Translations under genes and position numbers: made by a program
The notes under the pieces: model-generated
Database searches by the model: none
Seen by the model: the letters and a program-made list of their open reading frames with translations, nothing else
Told to the model about the DNA's origin: nothing
Shown here: positions 11,748 to 22,448 of the stretch, one piece after another
Numbering within the stretch: the first letter of the stretch is position 1
How the letters are laid out: the number at the start of each line of letters is the position of its first letter
Source: an uncultured beta proteobacterium
GTDB taxonomy: Bacteria; Pseudomonadota; Gammaproteobacteria; Burkholderiales; Casimicrobiaceae
Direction: 5' to 3'
Assembly: GCA_963726765.1 (NCBI GenBank)
Contig: CAVSDH010000001.1
Location: 10,900-74,899 of the forward strand
Length of the DNA: 64,000 nt

Positions 11748-13727
11748 ATGGCCAACATCGAATCGGTGTCGACCGAGTCCCGTGTGTTCGAGCCGCCGCG
11801 TGACTTCGTCGCGCAGGCAAACGTGAAGAAGGCGGATTTCGATGCGCTCAACGCCAGCGCAGCGAAGGATTTCACGGGGTTCTGGGCCGGGCTCGCGCGC
11901 GGCGAAATCGAATGGCACAAACCCTTCAGCCGCACGCTCGATGAATCGCGCGCGCCGTTCTACAAGTGGTTCGACGACGGCGAGCTCAATGTGTCCTACA
12001 ACTGCCTCGACCGCAACCTCGCCAACGGCAATGCCGACAAGGTTGCGATCATCTTCGAGGCGGACGACGGCGTCGTCACCAAGGTGACGTACCGCGACCT
12101 CCACCAGCGCGTCTGCCGGTTTGCGAACGGTCTCCGCTCGCTGGGCATCAAGAAGGGCGACCGCGTGCTCGTCTACATGCCGATGTCGATCGAGGGCGTG
12201 GTCGCGATGCAGGGCTGCGCGCGCATCGGCGCGACGCATTCGGTGGTGTTCGGCGGCTTTTCGGCCAAGTCGCTGCAGGAGCGGATCATCGATGCCGGTG
12301 CCGTCGCCGTCATCACGGCGGACGAACAGGCGCGGGGCGGGCGTCACCTTCCGCTGAAGGCGATCGTCGACGAGGCGCTCGCCATGGGCGGTTGCGACGC
12401 CATCCGGAACGTCATCGTCTATCGGCGCACGGGCGGCAAGATCGCGTTCTCGGCGCCGCGCGACCTGTGGATGCACGAACTCGTCGCCAAGCAGGCCGAC
12501 GCCTGCGAACCGGAGTGGGTCGGCGCCGAGCATCCGTTGTTCATCCTCTACACGTCGGGATCGACTGGCAAGCCGAAGGGGGTGCAGCACAGCACGGGCG
12601 GATACCTGCTCTGGGCGATGCTGACGATGCGCTGGACCTTCGACATCAAGCCGACGGACGTCTTCTGGTGCACGGCGGACATCGGCTGGGTGACGGGACA
12701 CACGTATATCGCCTACGGCCCGCTGGCGGTCGGCGCGACGGAGGTCGTGTTCGAAGGCGTTCCGACCTACCCCGATTCCGGGCGCTTCTGGCAGACCATC
12801 GCGAAGCACAAGGTCTCGATCTTCTATACGGCGCCCACCGCGATTCGCTCGCTGATCAAGGCGTGCGGCGGTGCGCCGCAGACCGCGCCCGCGAATTACG
12901 ACCTGTCGAGCCTGCGCCTGCTGGGCACGGTCGGCGAGCCGATCAATCCCGAAGCGTGGATGTGGTATCACAACAGCGTCGGCGGCGGACGCTGCCCCAT
13001 CGTCGACACGTGGTGGCAGACGGAGACGGGGGGCCACCTGATCACGCCGTTGCCCGGCGTGACCCCCCTCGTTCCGGGCTCGTGCACGCTGCCACTGCCC
13101 GGCATCATGGCGGCGATCGTCGACGAGACCGGTCACGACGTCGAGAACGGGCAGGGCGGCATCCTGGTGATCAAGCGGCCGTGGCCCGCGATGATCCGCA
13201 CCATCTGGGGAGACCCGGACCGCTATGTGAAGTCCTATTTTCCGGACGAACTGGGCGGGAAGCTCTACCTCGCCGGCGATGGCTCGGTGCGCGACAAGGC
13301 GCACGGGTACTTCACGATCATGGGCCGGATCGACGACGTGCTGAACGTTTCGGGACACCGCCTGGGGACGATGGAGATCGAGTCGGCGCTGGTCGCGAAT
13401 CCGCTGGTCGCGGAAGCGGCGGTGGTCGGCCGCCCCGACGACATGACGGGAGAGGCTGTTTGCGCCTTTGTCGTGCTGAAGCAGGCGCGACCGTCGGGAG
13501 CCGACGGAGAAAAAATCGCCAAGGAACTGCGCGACTGGGTCGGCAAGGAAATTGGACCGATCGCCAAGCCCAAGGACATCCGTTTCGGCGAGAACCTGCC
13601 CAAGACGAGATCGGGCAAGATCATGCGCCGCCTGCTTCGCTCGATCGCCAAGGGCGAGGAGATCACGCAGGACGTCTCGACGCTGGAGAACCCCGCCATT
13701 CTCGAACAGCTGAAGCAGGCTCTGTAG
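11748..13727 (+). CDS. acs: Acetyl-CoA synthetase
   Basis: 659 aa with the AMP-binding motif [21 protein letters not shown] and a C-terminal [30 protein letters not shown] lies before the ATG. Confidence 0.95.
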   Translation: MANIESVSTESRVFEPPRDFVAQANVKKADFDALNASAAKDFTGFWAGLARGEIEWHKPFSRTLDESRAPFYKWFDDGELNVSYNCLDRNLANGNADKVAIIFEADDGVVTKVTYRDLHQRVCRFANGLRSLGIKKGDRVLVYMPMSIEGVVAMQGCARIGATHSVVFGGFSAKSLQERIIDAGAVAVITADEQARGGRHLPLKAIVDEALAMGGCDAIRNVIVYRRTGGKIAFSAPRDLWMHELVAKQADACEPEWVGAEHPLFILYTSGSTGKPKGVQHSTGGYLLWAMLTMRWTFDIKPTDVFWCTADIGWVTGHTYIAYGPLAVGATEVVFEGVPTYPDSGRFWQTIAKHKVSIFYTAPTAIRSLIKACGGAPQTAPANYDLSSLRLLGTVGEPINPEAWMWYHNSVGGGRCPIVDTWWQTETGGHLITPLPGVTPLVPGSCTLPLPGIMAAIVDETGHDVENGQGGILVIKRPWPAMIRTIWGDPDRYVKSYFPDELGGKLYLAGDGSVRDKAHGYFTIMGRIDDVLNVSGHRLGTMEIESALVANPLVAEAAVVGRPDDMTGEAVCAFVVLKQARPSGADGEKIAKELRDWVGKEIGPIAKPKDIRFGENLPKTRSGKIMRRLLRSIAKGEEITQDVSTLENPAILEQLKQAL

Positions 13728-13840
13728 ACGGGTCGGAGCGGGTGACACGCGCGGTCGGCGCGGCATTCGGGAAGCGGATGGCCCGTCGCCGAAGGTGGCC
13801 GCTCAGGAAACCGCAATTCGCCGATTCCAGGCAGCGCAAG

Positions 13841-13870
13841 AAAAAAGGCCCGCAGCGATGCGGGCCTTTT
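13841..13870. terminator. Bidirectional rho-independent terminator between convergent acs and the symporter gene
   Basis: AAAAAAGGCCCGCAgcgaTGCGGGCCTTTT: an 8-bp GC stem with a 4-nt loop, flanked by an A-run and a T-run. Confidence 0.75.
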
Positions 13871-13890
13871 AGTCGGACGCGGGTCCGCGC

Positions 13891-16020
13891 CTAGGTGGAA
13901 GTGGTGACCATCTTGTCGCCGGCCAGGTTCGGATATCGCACATGCTCGACCAGATCCTGGATTTCCCGGTTCGGTGCCGGGGTGAGCAAGCTGACGACGA
14001 TGATGACGAGGAATCCGAGCGGCACGCCCCACAGCCCGGCCGAAATTGCGCTGATGCCCCACCACGTGTGGTCGGCAATCGATCCGGTCACGCCGAACAT
14101 GCCGCGCAGCCAGGGCTGCGTCGTCGCCATGTAGTAGAACGTGATGCCGAGACCGGCGATCATGCCGAGTGTCGCGCCCCACCGGTTGGCGCGCTTCCAG
14201 AAGATGCCGCACACCAGCGCCGGGAAGAACGCCGCGGCGGCGAGCGAGAACGCGGCGGAGACGAGGAACAGGATGTCCGCGGGCTTCTGGGCCGCCACCG
14301 TTGCTGCGATGAGCGCCACGACCAGGAGCAGCATCTTGGAGACCGTCACCCGGCGGGCGGTCGACGCATTCGGATCCAGCATCTTGTAGTAGAAATCGTG
14401 CGACAGCGCGTTGGCAATCGTCAGCAGCAGGCCGTCGGCGGTCGAGAGCGCTGCCGCCAATCCGCCGGCGGCGACGAGGCCGGACACCACATAGGGCAGG
14501 CCCGCGATTTCCGGCGTCGCCAGCACGATGATGTCGCCGCCGATGGCAATTTCCGCGAGCTGAACGATGCCGTCCTTGTTGATGTCGACGATCGACAGCA
14601 AGCCTGGGTCGACTTTCGTCCACGCCGCGGCCCACTGCGGCAATTTGGCGAACTCCGAGCCGACCACGAAGGAGTAGACGTCGAATTTCGCGAGCACGCC
14701 CAGCGCCGGCGCCGTGAAGTACAGCAGGAAGATGAAGAACAGCGACCAGAACACCGATTCGCGGGCCTCGCGCACCGAGGGCGTCGTGTAGTAGCGCATC
14801 AGGATGTGCGGCAATGCTGCGGTGCCGACCATCAGGCAGAACACCAGCGCAAGAAAGTTTCGTCGCGAGATGTCGCGCGCCGCGTCGTCCTTGCCCGGAA
14901 ACGCTTCGGCGTGGCGCAGCGGGGGTCCGGCGCGCGCGGCGAGTCCCGTGTCCTTCGTCCATTGCGCCTTGGCGGCGGCTTCGTCCTTCGGAAACGCGTC
15001 GAGCGCCTTCTGGGCGGCGCTGACCTGCTCGGCCGGCGCGTTCTCCGCCTTGAGCTTGTCGACGTCGGCCGTGAGTTTCTGCTTGCCGGCCGCAAACGAC
15101 CCGGGCAGGCCCTTGAGATTGGCCGCGGCCTCGTCGGCACGCGCCTTGAAGATCCCGCGGACCTCGAGCTCCTTCGGGTCCTTCAGGAACTTGTCCTCGA
15201 GCGCCGTGACCTTCTCGAGCTGCTTGCCGTAGATGAGCTGCGGGATGGGGACGCCCGTCTGCTTCACCGACAGCCACACGACCGGGATCATGTAAGCCAC
15301 GATCAGGATGATGTACTGGGCGACCTGCGTCCACGTCACCGCACGCATCCCGCCCAGGAACGAGCACACCAGGATGCCGCCCAATCCGAGGAAGATGCCG
15401 TACTCGAACTGCACGCCGGTGAGACGCGTCGTGATGAGGCCCACGCCGTAGATCTGCGCCACCACGTACGTGAACGAGCACAGAATCGCCGCGAAGATGC
15501 CCACTGCGCGCGGAATGTGGCCGCCATAGCGCGCGCCGAGAAAATCGGGAATCGTGAACTGGCCGAACTTGCGCAGATAGGGCGCGAGGAACAGCGCCAC
15601 CAGGCAGTAGCCGCCCGTCCAGCCCATCACGAACGCGAGGCCGTTGAAGCCGGCGAGATAGAGCGTCCCGGCCATGCCGATGAACGACGCCGCACTCATC
15701 CAGTCGGCGCCGGTGGCCATCCCGTTGAAGAATGCCGGCACGCGCCGCCCCGCAACGTAATATTCGGCGGCGTCGGACGTGCGGCTGATGACGCCGATGC
15801 CGGCATAGAGGCCGACGGTCGCCATCAGGAAGATGTAGCCGATCCAGACGCGCGGAAGGCCCATCTGCTCGGCGATCGCAAGCGCGATCACGAAGACGAG
15901 GAAGCCGCCCGTGTACCACGTGTAGGCCTTCTTGAGCTTCTGGAAGAATCCGCTTTGCGTGGGAGCCGAGAACAGGCCGCCCGTCCCGGCAGCTGGTTGG
16001 GTCACTGGAGTGCCGGCCAT
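13891..16020 (-). CDS. Sodium:solute symporter (SSS family, large subunit of the DUF4212-associated, acetate-permease-like type)
   Basis: ATG 16020-16018 within the artefactually long ORF 13891..17229. About 709 aa, multi-TM, with SSS-type sequence (YYVAGRRVPAFFNGMATGADWMSAASFIGMAG). The start overlaps the stop of the upstream small subunit (TAATG). Confidence 0.9.
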   Translation of the reverse strand: MAGTPVTQPAAGTGGLFSAPTQSGFFQKLKKAYTWYTGGFLVFVIALAIAEQMGLPRVWIGYIFLMATVGLYAGIGVISRTSDAAEYYVAGRRVPAFFNGMATGADWMSAASFIGMAGTLYLAGFNGLAFVMGWTGGYCLVALFLAPYLRKFGQFTIPDFLGARYGGHIPRAVGIFAAILCSFTYVVAQIYGVGLITTRLTGVQFEYGIFLGLGGILVCSFLGGMRAVTWTQVAQYIILIVAYMIPVVWLSVKQTGVPIPQLIYGKQLEKVTALEDKFLKDPKELEVRGIFKARADEAAANLKGLPGSFAAGKQKLTADVDKLKAENAPAEQVSAAQKALDAFPKDEAAAKAQWTKDTGLAARAGPPLRHAEAFPGKDDAARDISRRNFLALVFCLMVGTAALPHILMRYYTTPSVREARESVFWSLFFIFLLYFTAPALGVLAKFDVYSFVVGSEFAKLPQWAAAWTKVDPGLLSIVDINKDGIVQLAEIAIGGDIIVLATPEIAGLPYVVSGLVAAGGLAAALSTADGLLLTIANALSHDFYYKMLDPNASTARRVTVSKMLLLVVALIAATVAAQKPADILFLVSAAFSLAAAAFFPALVCGIFWKRANRWGATLGMIAGLGITFYYMATTQPWLRGMFGVTGSIADHTWWGISAISAGLWGVPLGFLVIIVVSLLTPAPNREIQDLVEHVRYPNLAGDKMVTTST

Positions 16021-16298
16021 TATTCGTCCTCCCCTTCGTGCACGTCGTAGGTACGATCGAGGTTGTTCATGTACCGCGCGTAGTACCAGATGATGACCAC
16101 GTAGATGATCAGCGAGCCCTGGGCCGCCATGTAGAAGGCGAACGGCCAGCCGAAGAAATTGAACGAAAGGTCGCGCGCGTAGAACATCAGCACGAAGGTG
16201 ACCAGGAACCAGATGAAAAGCAGGATGCTCGTGATCGCGAGATTCTTGCTCCAGTACTCGCGGTGCCGCTCGGTCAGCTGCATGGCAGGCTCCTCCAT
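16020..16298 (-). CDS. DUF4212-type small membrane protein (putative solute:sodium symporter small subunit)
   Basis: 92 aa with two hydrophobic helices. It lies immediately upstream of the SSS symporter and is translationally coupled to it. Confidence 0.8.
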   Translation of the reverse strand: MEEPAMQLTERHREYWSKNLAITSILLFIWFLVTFVLMFYARDLSFNFFGWPFAFYMAAQGSLIIYVVIIWYYARYMNNLDRTYDVHEGEDE

Positions 16299-16502
16299 AT
16301 GAACTACTCGAAAGGCATGACGTCCGGGCCGGTGCCGGCATCACTATTGTTTTGAAGGGCCGCAACCTCGGGTAAACCCCGGGCCCAAGTGGGGCGGAGT
16401 ATAGCCCAGCTTTTCGCGGGCGCAACAGGGCTGTCCGGCGCCCACCGCCAGTCGCCGCGTGCTGCGCTGCCGAATAATCGTGTCCCGGAGCGGGCGGCGT
16501 GG

Positions 16503-17417
16503 TCAGTCCAGCGTACTGGCCTTGAGCCCCGTCTCCCGCGCGAGTTGCCGCGCAAAGTCGGGCTCGAATCGCGCCAAATGGTCGAGAATCCTCTGCGTTT
16601 CCCCTTTCCGGCCGAGTTCGTGCTGGACGCGCGCGAGCTGATACCAGCCGTACGGGCTCATCGGCTGCAGTTTCGTGTTCCGCTCGAGCGGCGCGACCGC
16701 TGCCTCGGGCTGGTGCGTCGAAATCAGCGACAGCGCCAACCCGTACAACGCCCGGTCGTGGTCCGGATTCGCGGCGAGCGAGGCCTCGAACGCCGCGATC
16801 GCTGCGGGATGGTCGTTCAACTCCTGCAGCAGGAAACCGCGATTGAAGTGCGCTTCTGCGTCCGCCGGCTCGAGGATGAGCACGCGATCGAACATTGCAA
16901 GGGCCTCGCGCTTGCGCCCGAGTTGCGCGAGCTGGAATCCGATCGACGCGAGCGCGAGCGCATCGCGGGGATCGAGGTTCAGCATGCGCTGGTAATACTC
17001 GACCGCCACGTCGCGTCGCCGAAACAGGGTGCACCAGGCGGCGACCTGGTTGAAATACCACCGCCGCAGACGGTCGGTCAGGTGCGATTGCAGGCATTGC
17101 GCGACGGACTGGCCATGCCCCAGGCACGCAGCCGCGATCTCGATCATGATCCAGATGTACGCGACCAGAAGCAGCGAAAAAGCCACCATCGGCAGGCGGC
17201 GGTCGGGAATGAAGCGCGGCGTGATCCATCGGCAGGGCTTCACGACCGGGGACGCGACGAACGCGAACAGCCGGTAGATGACGTTTCGCTCCGGCGGCTG
17301 GCCCATCATGCGCGCGAGAAAGGACGTGGCACCTTGCCCCGCCAGCGCGAACAGCGGAATGGCGACGACGACCTGCGCGAGGCGGAGCCAGAAAAGCGTG
17401 GATTGAAGGTCGCTCAT
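16503..17417 (-). CDS. Membrane-anchored TPR-repeat protein
   Basis: N-terminal hydrophobic helices are followed by TPR-like repeats (EYYQRMLNLDPRDALALASIGFQLAQLGRKREALAMFDRVLILEPADAEAHFNRGFLLQEL...). Confidence 0.7.
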   Translation of the reverse strand: MSDLQSTLFWLRLAQVVVAIPLFALAGQGATSFLARMMGQPPERNVIYRLFAFVASPVVKPCRWITPRFIPDRRLPMVAFSLLLVAYIWIMIEIAAACLGHGQSVAQCLQSHLTDRLRRWYFNQVAAWCTLFRRRDVAVEYYQRMLNLDPRDALALASIGFQLAQLGRKREALAMFDRVLILEPADAEAHFNRGFLLQELNDHPAAIAAFEASLAANPDHDRALYGLALSLISTHQPEAAVAPLERNTKLQPMSPYGWYQLARVQHELGRKGETQRILDHLARFEPDFARQLARETGLKASTLD

Positions 17418-17528
17418 TGGGTGTGCTGCGGCGGGGCGACAGAAACCTGACGATCCGATCGGTGCGCCATGCCGCAGTTTACAGAATCGGGTGCGCTGCG
17501 GGCGCCGCGCCCGCGAATGGCCGACGAT

Positions 17529-18101
17529 TCAGAACAGGCCGATCCCGCTTGCCGCGGCGCCCAGCACGACCGAAGCGAACGCGAGCAGCACGAGCGATAT
17601 GCCGACGAATTCGGCCCGCGCGCCGTCCGGCACGTGCAGGACGCGGTCCGCGCCCAGCCACAGCAAGTACAACGAATGGCACATTCCGACGACGCCGACG
17701 ATGGCCATCACCGGCAGCAACAGCGTGGCGCCGGCGAGCAGCACGGGAATGGCGCCGTAGGTCGCGACCTTGAGCGCGCGGATGAAATTTCGCGCGCAGC
17801 CGAACATCGGCGCGAGAAGCATGAATATTGCAGCGAGCGCGAATATCGAGCCGACGGTCGCAAAATAGGTCGTGGCGCCGGCGGCGAAGATGCTTTCGGG
17901 GGGGACGAGGTAACCGTGGACCGGGTCCCATTCGCGATCGAAGATCCGCATACCGATGGTCGTCGCAACCGCCGGTAGCGCCGAAAGCGGCAGAATGACG
18001 CGCCGTAGCAATGCATCGACGGTGACGGATTCACCGGCGATGCGCTCCCATTCCGCTCGCGGACGGAAAAGGAGCGCGTGGATTCGGCGAAGCGTAGGCA
18101 T
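17529..18101 (-). CDS. Yip1/DUF1282-like integral membrane protein
   Basis: 190 aa with about five TM helices. The N-terminal segment LLFRPRAEWERIA resembles the Yip1-domain family. Family assignment is from memory only. Confidence 0.55.
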   Translation of the reverse strand: MPTLRRIHALLFRPRAEWERIAGESVTVDALLRRVILPLSALPAVATTIGMRIFDREWDPVHGYLVPPESIFAAGATTYFATVGSIFALAAIFMLLAPMFGCARNFIRALKVATYGAIPVLLAGATLLLPVMAIVGVVGMCHSLYLLWLGADRVLHVPDGARAEFVGISLVLLAFASVVLGAAASGIGLF

Positions 18102-18143
18102 GGTGTCGAGCGGCGCGCGAGTATATCGTCCGCCGGTCGGCCC

Positions 18144-18807
18144 CTAGGTTCTCGGCCCCAGCCACTTCCGCTGCCGCGCGACGCGGGCCATCGCGTCGAA
18201 CCCGTGCGTCCCCTGCCGCGCGGCGATCGCGCGCAGGCGCAACAGCAGCTCGGCGGTTGCCAGCGCGTCCGCGGCTGCATTGTGGCGCAACGGACACTCG
18301 ATGCCGAATGCGGCGAGCCATTCGTCGAGGCTGCCGCCGCCGCGTTTGAGGGCGTCGGGCACGAGCGATGCGGCAAGCGGCGCAAGATCGAGCCAGGGGC
18401 TGTCGTCCATCGACGTCCCGGCGCGACGGTGCGCGTTGTGCAGCATCGCACGGTCGAAGTCGACGTGGAATCCCACGCGCGGCGCGTCGGTGGCCCAGTC
18501 GCGAAATGCGGCAAGCGCGGCGGGTGCCGGCGTCCCGCCGGCCTGGGCCTGATGGCCGAGCCCGTGGACGACGATGTTGCCGGCATCGCCCTCCGCCGTG
18601 CTCTGAACGACGATCTCGAAGCTGTCGTCGAGCCTGATGCCATCGTCGTCGACGGCGACCGCGCCGATCGCGAGCAGCCGGTCGCGCTCGACATCGAGCC
18701 CCGACGTTTCGGTGTCGACGACGACCCAGCGTCCGAAGGGAAGCCGCCGCGTTGCCGCGAGACGTCCCTCCGAGCCAGCGCCGAAGCGACGCGAGACCGG
18801 GACTCAT
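18144..18807 (-). pseudogene. DnaQ-like 3'-5' exonuclease; frame broken somewhere in 18744-18800
   Basis: The ATG at 18807-18805 overlaps the upstream stop (ATGA), but the Exo motifs are in the +1 frame: LPFGRWVVVDTETSGLDVERDRLLAIGAV..., FHVDFDRAML, LRHNAAADALATAELL. That frame has no start codon upstream of the ExoI motif. Confidence 0.7.
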
Positions 18808-20726
18808 CCGGGATAGTCGACTTCGAGTCGTTGCTGCAGCTTGCGAATCTGGCGCATCGCTTCCTTCAGGATCCGCCGGTCGAGATCGGTGAGGCGCGCA
18901 AGCGGCACGACGTTCGGATTGTCGTCGCCGAGACCGCCGGACGCGGCGCGACGGTGCTGCTCGCGCAGGCGCAACAGCTGCACGTATTCGAAGGCGTCGC
19001 ACCATCCGCGGATTTCCGGGGCGCCGATGCCCGTGGCGGCGCCCGCCCGCTCCAGCCGTTCGACCGTGCCGGTCGCCGATACCCCGGTCGAGAGCGCGAA
19101 GATGCGCGCCGCGTCGACGAACGGCACGCTGCCGCTCATCTTGAGATCGATGCCTTCGACGCCGGAATCATCGGCCGCGCGCAACTCGCCGCGCCAGTTG
19201 AGCGGGGGGCGGTTGCGCAGCGCGTTATCGGCCATCTGCTTCAGGAATCGCGGGTTGGCGCGGGCACGGCGGAGAATGTCGGCGCGCAGGTCGTCCGCGA
19301 ATCGGGGTTCCCCCCAAAGCGCGCGGAAGTCGAAGAAGATACTCGCCGCCAGAAGGCTTTGCGGGTCGCCACGGTCGATCCAGTTTGCGAATGTGGCCTT
19401 CCACGCGCCGAGGCTCGCGCACCAGCGCGGGTTCATCGCCATGACCGCGCCCTTGCAGAGAGGGTAGCCGCAGCGGTTGAGCGCTTCGTTCACGTGGCGC
19501 GCCAGCGGAAGGATGCGCGCCCGGACGTCGCCCTGCGCGCTGACGCGATCGTCGGCGCTGAAGATGAGCCCGTTGTCCTGGTCGGTCGCGATCGTCTGTT
19601 CGCCGCGGCCTTCGGATCCCAGTCCCAGCCAGGTGAGCGTCACGCCGGGCAGTTCGAATTCCGGGGCCGCGAGATCGAGAATGCGCATCGCGACCTGATC
19701 GTTGAGACTCGAAATCATTCGCGTCAGCTGCCCGGCGGCTACGCCCTGCGCGACCAGCGCGAGCGACAGCGCGTGAATGTCCGCGGCGCACTGGACGAGG
19801 GCATCGAGATCGGGTGCGCGACGCAGCGCGGATGCAATCTCGCGCACCGATAGCCGCTGCAGGCTGAAGAGATCGCGCTCGGACACGACACCGGACACCT
19901 CGCCGCTCCTACCCAGCAGCACGATATGCCGGATGCCGCTGCGGGCCATGACAAGCGCCGCGTCGCCGGCGGTTGCGTTCGCGGGCAGCGTGACCACGGG
20001 CGTGCTCATCACTTCGCGAATTGGCAAGCCGAGCGGGCGCTGCGGCAGCACGACCCGCCCGATGACGTCCTGCCGCGTGAAGATGCCGACAAGCTTCGTC
20101 TGGGCATCGACGACCGGCAACGAACCGATGTTTTGCGCTTCCATCGTCGACAGTGCGCTCTCGAGCGACGTCTCCGGGCTGCACACGGTCGCGGCGCCAC
20201 GCGTCAATGCTGCAAGCGGCGTTGCCAATCCGCGCTGCTCGGTGATCGCGGCGGCGTATTCGGCTTGCAGGTTCGTGCGTGAAAGGTCGAGAAGATAGGC
20301 GAGCCGGCGCATGCAGAAATCGGCAAACGCGGCCGACGTCGCGATCAGGCCGTCGAAAACGGCGGTCGGAAAAGCGAGGCAGAACGTGTCCTGTGCCGCG
20401 CGGTAGCGGCTCGTCACGCCGCGATGCGCGAGAAGCGCGCCCAGCGGAAACATCTCGCCCGCGGACAGCTCCCACAGTGCGATCGAATCACTGCTTTTGC
20501 CTGGCCGCTCGCCACGGATCGCGCCCTGACGGATCACGAAACAATGAGCGGGCCGGTCCGGTCCCGGCATCATGACCGTTTCGCCGGCCGCAAAATAGGT
20601 GAGCCGCGCCGCGCGAACGAGGTGATCGAGGTCGCCTGCATGCATCGCCGTGAAGGGGGCGTGCGGCTTCAACGCGGCCGCGAGGCTCGCGAGGATCGAA
20701 GGTGCGGGAATCGACGCCATGGTCAA
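18804..20726 (-). CDS. cNMP-binding / tandem CBS / DUF294 putative nucleotidyltransferase
   Basis: 640 aa: an N-terminal cyclic-nucleotide-binding fold, two CBS domains, a nucleotidyltransferase motif (GLGSEGRGEQTIATDQDNGLIF) and a DUF294_C-like tail. Confidence 0.85.
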   Translation of the reverse strand: MTMASIPAPSILASLAAALKPHAPFTAMHAGDLDHLVRAARLTYFAAGETVMMPGPDRPAHCFVIRQGAIRGERPGKSSDSIALWELSAGEMFPLGALLAHRGVTSRYRAAQDTFCLAFPTAVFDGLIATSAAFADFCMRRLAYLLDLSRTNLQAEYAAAITEQRGLATPLAALTRGAATVCSPETSLESALSTMEAQNIGSLPVVDAQTKLVGIFTRQDVIGRVVLPQRPLGLPIREVMSTPVVTLPANATAGDAALVMARSGIRHIVLLGRSGEVSGVVSERDLFSLQRLSVREIASALRRAPDLDALVQCAADIHALSLALVAQGVAAGQLTRMISSLNDQVAMRILDLAAPEFELPGVTLTWLGLGSEGRGEQTIATDQDNGLIFSADDRVSAQGDVRARILPLARHVNEALNRCGYPLCKGAVMAMNPRWCASLGAWKATFANWIDRGDPQSLLAASIFFDFRALWGEPRFADDLRADILRRARANPRFLKQMADNALRNRPPLNWRGELRAADDSGVEGIDLKMSGSVPFVDAARIFALSTGVSATGTVERLERAGAATGIGAPEIRGWCDAFEYVQLLRLREQHRRAASGGLGDDNPNVVPLARLTDLDRRILKEAMRQIRKLQQRLEVDYPG

Positions 20727-20859
20727 CCGCCGTCTCCGCGAAAAGAGCGCTGGATCGTCACGGAACCTGGGGCAAAGGAATGTTCGTCATCCCGCCGGTG
20801 ATCGATGCGCATTCGCGCACGTGGACGATCGTACGCCGGTGCCGATACGCCCGCGGTGA

Positions 20860-22413
<1,554 letters not shown>

Positions 22414-22448
22414 ACACAGGGCGGTCTCGCGGGACCGCAGGGGTCGAG

